From a virus (Duplodnaviria; Caudoviricetes), in IMG/VR virus record IMGVR_UViG_3300032233_001024, positions 1-29,468 of that record: 29,468 nucleotides of DNA, one strand, 5' to 3'. The notes under the pieces are model-generated. The model was not told the DNA's origin. It made no database searches and was given only the letters and a program-made list of their open reading frames with translations. This document shows, in pieces, positions 25,479 to 29,468 of this stretch (its first letter is position 1; the number at the start of each line of letters is the position of its first letter). Made by a program: the position numbers and the translations under genes.

Positions 25479-25960
25479 CCACCTAGTCTGAATCGTTTGT
25501 ATTTAAGGTGGCTATCAGTATCTGCCGCTATAACTGATTCGATGTTGGTATTTTCTTTGATGTAACTGGTTATTGCCGCAAAGCGACCAATTTCTGTGGC
25601 CTCGAGGTAGTTTCTTTTAAACTGCTCCGAGGCTTCTTTTCGTATCCTGTTTGCGTTTCCCTCACTATCTTCGTAAAGCTGTTCAGCGAGGTATTGCAGG
25701 TTGAACGGTTGCATTTCTGTAGAGAAAAAGAACCAGCGAAGTCGGTTATGTTCCCCGATGGCTCTGCTATTAAAATCGGTCCTACTTTTGGGCGATAGGG
25801 ATTCGTAGTGAATAAGATTCCCTTGATGGTTGGAGCGGAGTTTGTCGAAAAAGAAACAATAGTCCTTAAGCGCCCTTTCAATAACTGCAAACCATAGGTT
25901 TCGCTCCGGAGTTTCTAATGAAGCTCCTTCATCTATGTTGCATATGCTAGTTGACTTCAT
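25475..25960 (-). CDS. Hypothetical protein
   Basis: PERNLWFAVIERALKDY...WFFF......F...YLAEQL motif recurrent in phage middle genes; ATGA-coupled to the VRR-NUC gene. Confidence 0.7.
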   Translation of the reverse strand: MKSTSICNIDEGASLETPERNLWFAVIERALKDYCFFFDKLRSNHQGNLIHYESLSPKSRTDFNSRAIGEHNRLRWFFFSTEMQPFNLQYLAEQLYEDSEGNANRIRKEASEQFKRNYLEATEIGRFAAITSYIKENTNIESVIAADTDSHLKYKRFRLGG

Positions 25961-26352
25961 AGTTTATTGGCCAAGTACTTTTGCAGTATTTCTATTGCTT
26001 CCGATGCTGACCAGCACAGAACAGCATAATTACCCATTGCGTTAAGATGTCGTATGATGGCCATCTGTTCGGGGGAAGCCTTATTTGGCTTTACTTTCAT
26101 CTCGATGTAGAGAGCCCCGTATTTATCGTTCGGTACGGGCACAACTATGTCGGGGATACCTTTCCTTACCCCTGCTCTTTTTAACGCAACACGGCGAGGT
26201 ATAGAGGCTCTACGCTCGTTTGGGACGTGGAATGCCAACCGATACGCTGGATGTTGCTCTTCCATGTATCTGCAGTAGTCGAAGAACGTAAACATCTCGA
26301 GTTCTTCAGGACCGTGTTTAAATTTTTTCCCTACACAACGTTTGGAATTCAA
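25957..26352 (-). CDS. VRR-NUC domain nuclease (Holliday-junction resolvase-like)
   Basis: FHVPNE.R......LKRAGVRKGIPDI......GALYIEMK......SPEQ (PD...ExK); exact start uncertain. Confidence 0.9.
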   Translation of the reverse strand: MNSKRCVGKKFKHGPEELEMFTFFDYCRYMEEQHPAYRLAFHVPNERRASIPRRVALKRAGVRKGIPDIVVPVPNDKYGALYIEMKVKPNKASPEQMAIIRHLNAMGNYAVLCWSASEAIEILQKYLANKL

Positions 26353-26836
26353 CTAGAGCCTCTCGTTCTTTTGGAATGTTCACTCCAAATCGTTTTAATA
26401 CAGTTCTATAAAAGTCTTGTGGGTTAACCGCTACGATCAATTCAGCGTCTTTACCTGCGGCCATGGTAACCAAGAACTTTCTTCTTCGGTAGTATTTCTC
26501 TGCAAGCTCATCCTTAATGGCGTCAATAATTGCTTCTTTATAATAGGATTTTACTTGCTTGAGTGCATCGAAGAATTTTCGTAGCGCAGTCCGATTGTCA
26601 AACTCACGTTGTAAAACAATTGGATGATACTCAATAAAAGTGCCATGAACGTAAAAGTCGATGGTTTTATTAAATCCCACACCTACTTGGAAAGTAGAAC
26701 CATTTGCCAATTCAAAATTCGGAACATACTTTTCCAGCATAACGCCACAAGCATATTCAGATCGAGATGCGAAACGTAATGGTTGTTCTGGAATAGGTGG
26801 GAGGCGAATCTCGAAGCGTTTATCTGGCTCAAGCAT
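26318..26836 (-). CDS. Putative PD-(D/E)XK-like nuclease-fold protein
   Basis: RFASRSEY...L...FQ......TIDFYVHGTFIEYH pattern (S..E / DF / IEY). Confidence 0.55.
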   Translation of the reverse strand: MLEPDKRFEIRLPPIPEQPLRFASRSEYACGVMLEKYVPNFELANGSTFQVGVGFNKTIDFYVHGTFIEYHPIVLQREFDNRTALRKFFDALKQVKSYYKEAIIDAIKDELAEKYYRRRKFLVTMAAGKDAELIVAVNPQDFYRTVLKRFGVNIPKEREALVEFQTLCREKI

Positions 26837-26871
26837 GAGTACAGTTTATACGCACTATTTGATATAGGCAC

Positions 26872-27480
26872 TCAGTAGTACGTTTCATCTGTGTTAGCTA
26901 CTGACCATCTAAGACTATTCTCGGCGCTCCAAACGGTAGGGATTGTTTGGTACCCCCGTTTCCCTGGCTCTGGTTTATTACCAATAAAGAAGGCGTCCTT
27001 AAAAGCCACTCTGTTGGTAGGCAAACAGGCAACTTGTCCGTTAGTAAGCAGAATGACATGGGCACACTTGTTTTGGTCTGGCTGGAGCAAGACGCCAGGG
27101 CACTCATCGCTATCAGGCAGCCAATCCACCGTAAACCAGTAACGGCCATGTACTGTGGTTTTATCTTTAAGTATTGCGTCACAGGAATAGTCCCTGAGAA
27201 AGTCAAAAACCTTTACCACTGGCTTGTATGAGAAACAGTCCCATAACTGCAGTAGCTCTAAGTCGTATGTATCGAGTGCTGTTGGCTCGTGAATGAGCCA
27301 ATGAAGAGGTATGTGCCGGAAGTGAGCACCGCTATGTAGGAGGACGTGAAACTGTAAAGCCCTGCCTTTATAGCTTTGAATAGCAAACGCATATCCTGCC
27401 TCGTAGCCATCTGCTTCATCGTTGTTCTGCAGGTGGCGGTTATGTATCAAAACCTTAAGAGGCGGGATGTCTGCGTTCAC
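26872..27480 (-). CDS. Conserved phage hypothetical protein
   Basis: GTG at 27480 overlaps the upstream TAG. NADIPP...FAIQSY.GRALQFHVLL.SGA...LQLWDCFSY...YWFTVDW...KCAHVI.L.NGQ...LPTNRV motif recalled from aquatic phages. Confidence 0.8.
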   Translation of the reverse strand: MNADIPPLKVLIHNRHLQNNDEADGYEAGYAFAIQSYKGRALQFHVLLHSGAHFRHIPLHWLIHEPTALDTYDLELLQLWDCFSYKPVVKVFDFLRDYSCDAILKDKTTVHGRYWFTVDWLPDSDECPGVLLQPDQNKCAHVILLTNGQVACLPTNRVAFKDAFFIGNKPEPGKRGYQTIPTVWSAENSLRWSVANTDETYY

Positions 27481-27743
27481 TACCAATTCCTACATGACCA
27501 GTAGCGAGCCTTTGTCTTCGGGCCTGGATCGTCGCAATTGTGACGAGCCCTAAAACTTCTTCTGCGCTCTGGTTCGTTCTTACGAATTTTCATGTTTGGA
27601 TCGCCGAAGCGAACCTTTATGACGTTCCCGTTATCGTTTTTAACGTAGACGGCAAACTTCTTTCGCTCTCCAGGCGTTCTGAAGGGCTTGTTGAGCTTCA
27701 TGTTCCGCTCGAGGCTTTGTCGTAGTGGGCTCTCTTTTGGCAT
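27480..27743 (-). CDS. Conserved small basic phage protein
   Basis: LNKPFRTPG..KKFAVYVKN..GNV.KV.FGDPNMKI.K..P.RR.SFRARHNCD.PGPKTKARYWSC..W, a widely shared phage motif of unknown function. Confidence 0.85.
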   Translation of the reverse strand: MPKESPLRQSLERNMKLNKPFRTPGERKKFAVYVKNDNGNVIKVRFGDPNMKIRKNEPERRRSFRARHNCDDPGPKTKARYWSCRNW

Positions 27744-27744
27744 A

Positions 27745-27885
27745 CTACTTCTTAGCCTTTTTCTTCTTTACGCCTTTGATAGTGCCCTTGTTTTCACTTG
27801 CGTAGAAAACCTCATCGCCTTTTTCCTTGCCGTAATACTTTTCCATTGCGGCTCGAATTTTTAGTCCCTTTTTGTTTAGCGGCAT
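27745..27885 (-). CDS. Conserved small basic phage protein (46 aa)
   Basis: Not in the ORF track. GGAGA SD, then MPLNKKGLKIRAAMEKYYGKEKGDEVFYASENKGTIKGVKKKKAKK; stop lies 1 nt before the next ATG. Confidence 0.8.
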   Translation of the reverse strand: MPLNKKGLKIRAAMEKYYGKEKGDEVFYASENKGTIKGVKKKKAKK

Positions 27886-28048
27886 TTTTCTTCTCCAGTT
27901 TTATGTACTGAGCGTTCTGTTTAACCTGCTCTCGAAGGAGCGAGTCCCATGCTACCAGTCTACCACTGTTGAGAAACTGTAGTCCTAAGTCGAGCAAGGC
28001 GTTGGCGGCCTTGTTCAGAAGAAAGTCGTTTGGAAATATCTGGTACAT
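27812..28048 (-). CDS. Hypothetical protein
   Basis: TAATG coupling to the upstream gene and GAGGA SD; its 3' end overlaps the 46 aa gene by 74 nt. Confidence 0.5.
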   Translation of the reverse strand: MYQIFPNDFLLNKAANALLDLGLQFLNSGRLVAWDSLLREQVKQNAQYIKLEKKNAAKQKGTKNSSRNGKVLRQGKRR

Positions 28049-28275
28049 TATGCGTCCTCTCTAAACCACTTTTTGTTTTTGATTTCTGCGGTCAATACCT
28101 CAACGTCTTCCATAAGCGAGTCTATGTAGCCCCGTAAATAACCAGAGCAGTAAGCATCCTTGAGGTTCTCAGGATAAATTGAGCCTGACCCGATGAATTT
28201 CATTATGTCGTTCATGTACTCTTCTGCGAGATTTTCTTTTTGTTTCTTATCTTTCGACATATACGCCTTTGCCAC
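28048..28275 (-). CDS. Hypothetical protein, distant relative of the ELAEEY module
   Basis: KENLAEEY...LKDAYCSGYLRGY; start uncertain. Confidence 0.6.
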   Translation of the reverse strand: MAKAYMSKDKKQKENLAEEYMNDIMKFIGSGSIYPENLKDAYCSGYLRGYIDSLMEDVEVLTAEIKNKKWFREDA

Positions 28276-28489
28276 TAAAAGTATGAACTTCTACACGCTC
28301 GCAGTGGAGGACGTTATTGAGGACGACTTTAGCCATTTCCAGCGGATCTATGTGGTAGTTTTCCGCTATGAGATTGCGTAGGTCAGGTCTTTGTGGACCT
28401 TCGTGTGTGAAGTTTTCGTCCTCTCTGATCCAGATAGTAAGTTCCCACTTACCATCGGTAATTCTGTGAGTGCTGTAGTATTTGTTCAT
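28247..28489 (-). CDS. Hypothetical protein (80 aa)
   Basis: GGAGA SD before ATG at 28489 (MNKYYSTHRITDGKW...). Confidence 0.7.
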   Translation of the reverse strand: MNKYYSTHRITDGKWELTIWIREDENFTHEGPQRPDLRNLIAENYHIDPLEMAKVVLNNVLHCERVEVHTFSGKGVYVER

Positions 28490-28509
28490 GTCAGTTGTCT
28501 CCATGTGTA

Positions 28510-28542
28510 TGCGGCTGCTGGAAATAATAACCAGCAACCGCA
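28510..28542 (-). other. Intergenic 12-bp stem-loop
   Basis: On the minus strand TGCGGTTGCTGG-TTATTATTT-CCAGCAGCCGCA with one G-U pair (a mismatch on the plus strand). Confidence 0.55.
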
Positions 28543-28553
28543 ATCTGTATACA

Positions 28554-28805
28554 TTAGAATGGAACTACATCGCTAGACCCTTGCTTGGCCTTTTTAAGAG
28601 CTACGTTGATCCAGTACAGGTTATTGTTGAGGTTCATTACCTCGCTGATGAGAATCATCAACAATGCGTCAGTTTTGCCGTCTGCCCCGAGCCCTGCAGC
28701 CTTAGCGATTTGCTTTACTGCGTCGATGTTATCAACTGCTTTCTGCAAGCTTTTAGCCTTAGCCTCTGCGTCCCACTCTTCTCGTGTTTTTTTCTGAAAT
28801 GCCAT
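28554..28805 (-). CDS. Hypothetical protein ending in DVVPF
   Basis: 83 aa, AGGA SD; C-terminal SSDVVPF resembles an SSB-type acidic tip. Confidence 0.7.
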   Translation of the reverse strand: MAFQKKTREEWDAEAKAKSLQKAVDNIDAVKQIAKAAGLGADGKTDALLMILISEVMNLNNNLYWINVALKKAKQGSSDVVPF

Positions 28806-28807
28806 AA

Positions 28808-29323
28808 CTATCCTATTTGTTTTATCAACACGTTTACATTCGGCAGAGTCTTCAGAAGGCCTTCCCTGGTAGCCTTTACTTCATGACTTTCATTGATTGC
28901 TTCCAGCCTCTGTCGAAATTGCGCTCGGATCACTCCCATATGTTCAGGAGTGCCTTTTGCGATCTCCTTGAGCCCTGGTATGCCTCCGATTGCTTGTAAA
29001 GCCTTAGGAGGGAGTTTCTTGGCTTCCTCCTCGGCGTAGTACAAGCTCCTTGTTCCCGCTTGGTACACATCGTTCCACAATTGTGCCCAATCTATGGAAT
29101 CCCCTGTACGGGCTCTAATGACCTCCTGGTTGATTTCCCCAACCGAGGGAGGGAAAGGCCTAGCCTCTGATAAAAGTCTCGCTATGGCCAATTGTGCTTC
29201 GTTATACGAGCAATGGCCAAGTATCACCTGCCATACACCGATGCGGTCCTCGGTTATGTCTACTTTTGAGCCGTACTCTGCTTTGAGTATGACCATGAGT
29301 TGTTTGATTTGTTCCACATTCAT
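28808..29323 (-). CDS. Replicative helicase loader/inhibitor, SPP1 G39P-like N-terminal domain
   Basis: EQIKQLMVILKAEY......RIGVWQVILG..SY.EA..AI......RPFPPSVGEI, then W..V..A...LP.....AIGG..GL...RAQF, typical of phage replication-module genes. Confidence 0.7.
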   Translation of the reverse strand: MNVEQIKQLMVILKAEYGSKVDITEDRIGVWQVILGHCSYNEAQLAIARLLSEARPFPPSVGEINQEVIRARTGDSIDWAQLWNDVYQAGTRSLYYAEEEAKKLPPKALQAIGGIPGLKEIAKGTPEHMGVIRAQFRQRLEAINESHEVKATREGLLKTLPNVNVLIKQIG

Positions 29324-29394
29324 AATTTTTTTACTTTTCCCCTATTGACAAGTTTGAATCCTTCCCCCCTAATACCCCCCATCCCTTCCGAACC

Positions 29395-29454
29395 TTAACT
29401 CTACTCAATACTGTTGACTCACTTAACTAACTAGTTAGTTAACTATATTAACTA
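29395..29454. repeat. Perfect 20-bp palindrome with TTAACT repeats; candidate replication origin or operator
   Basis: TTAACTAACT-AGTTAGTTAA at 29423-29442; TTAACT at 29395, 29423, 29439 and 29448. Confidence 0.6.
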
Positions 29455-29468
29455 AGAGAATTTCTTCC

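Larger units (their letters stand above)
1..29468. mobile_element. Tailed dsDNA phage genome fragment with a podovirus-type (P22-like) morphogenesis module
   Basis: Gene order terminase-portal-scaffold-capsid-adaptor-nozzle-ejection proteins-fibre-lysis. No tape measure, sheath or tail tube gene and no host housekeeping genes. Confidence 0.95.

Overview
The whole window is a contiguous piece of a tailed dsDNA bacteriophage with a podovirus (P22-like) virion module. The + strand (1317-25478) carries terS, an accessory gene cluster, terL, portal, scaffold, major capsid, decoration and head-spike genes, adaptor, nozzle, ejection proteins (the last with a lytic transglycosylase domain), tail fibre plus chaperone and a lysis cassette. 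The - strand (25475-29323, and 1-521) carries early/middle genes, including a VRR-NUC nuclease, a second PD-(D/E)XK-like protein, small basic proteins and a G39P-like helicase loader/inhibitor, followed by an origin-like palindrome at the right edge. An XRE HTH regulator lies divergent from the leftward genes. I saw no integrase, tRNA, CRISPR array or reverse transcriptase. The most interesting signals are: a two-state RNA switch at the scaffold/capsid junction; a compact, possibly pseudoknotted RNA upstream of terL; a tandem family of modular 'KTPEELAEEY...GFLAGY' genes with different C-termini; a 16-Cys secreted protein inside the lysis cassette; and a GTA-like head-spike pair. All family assignments come from motif recognition by eye, not from database searches.
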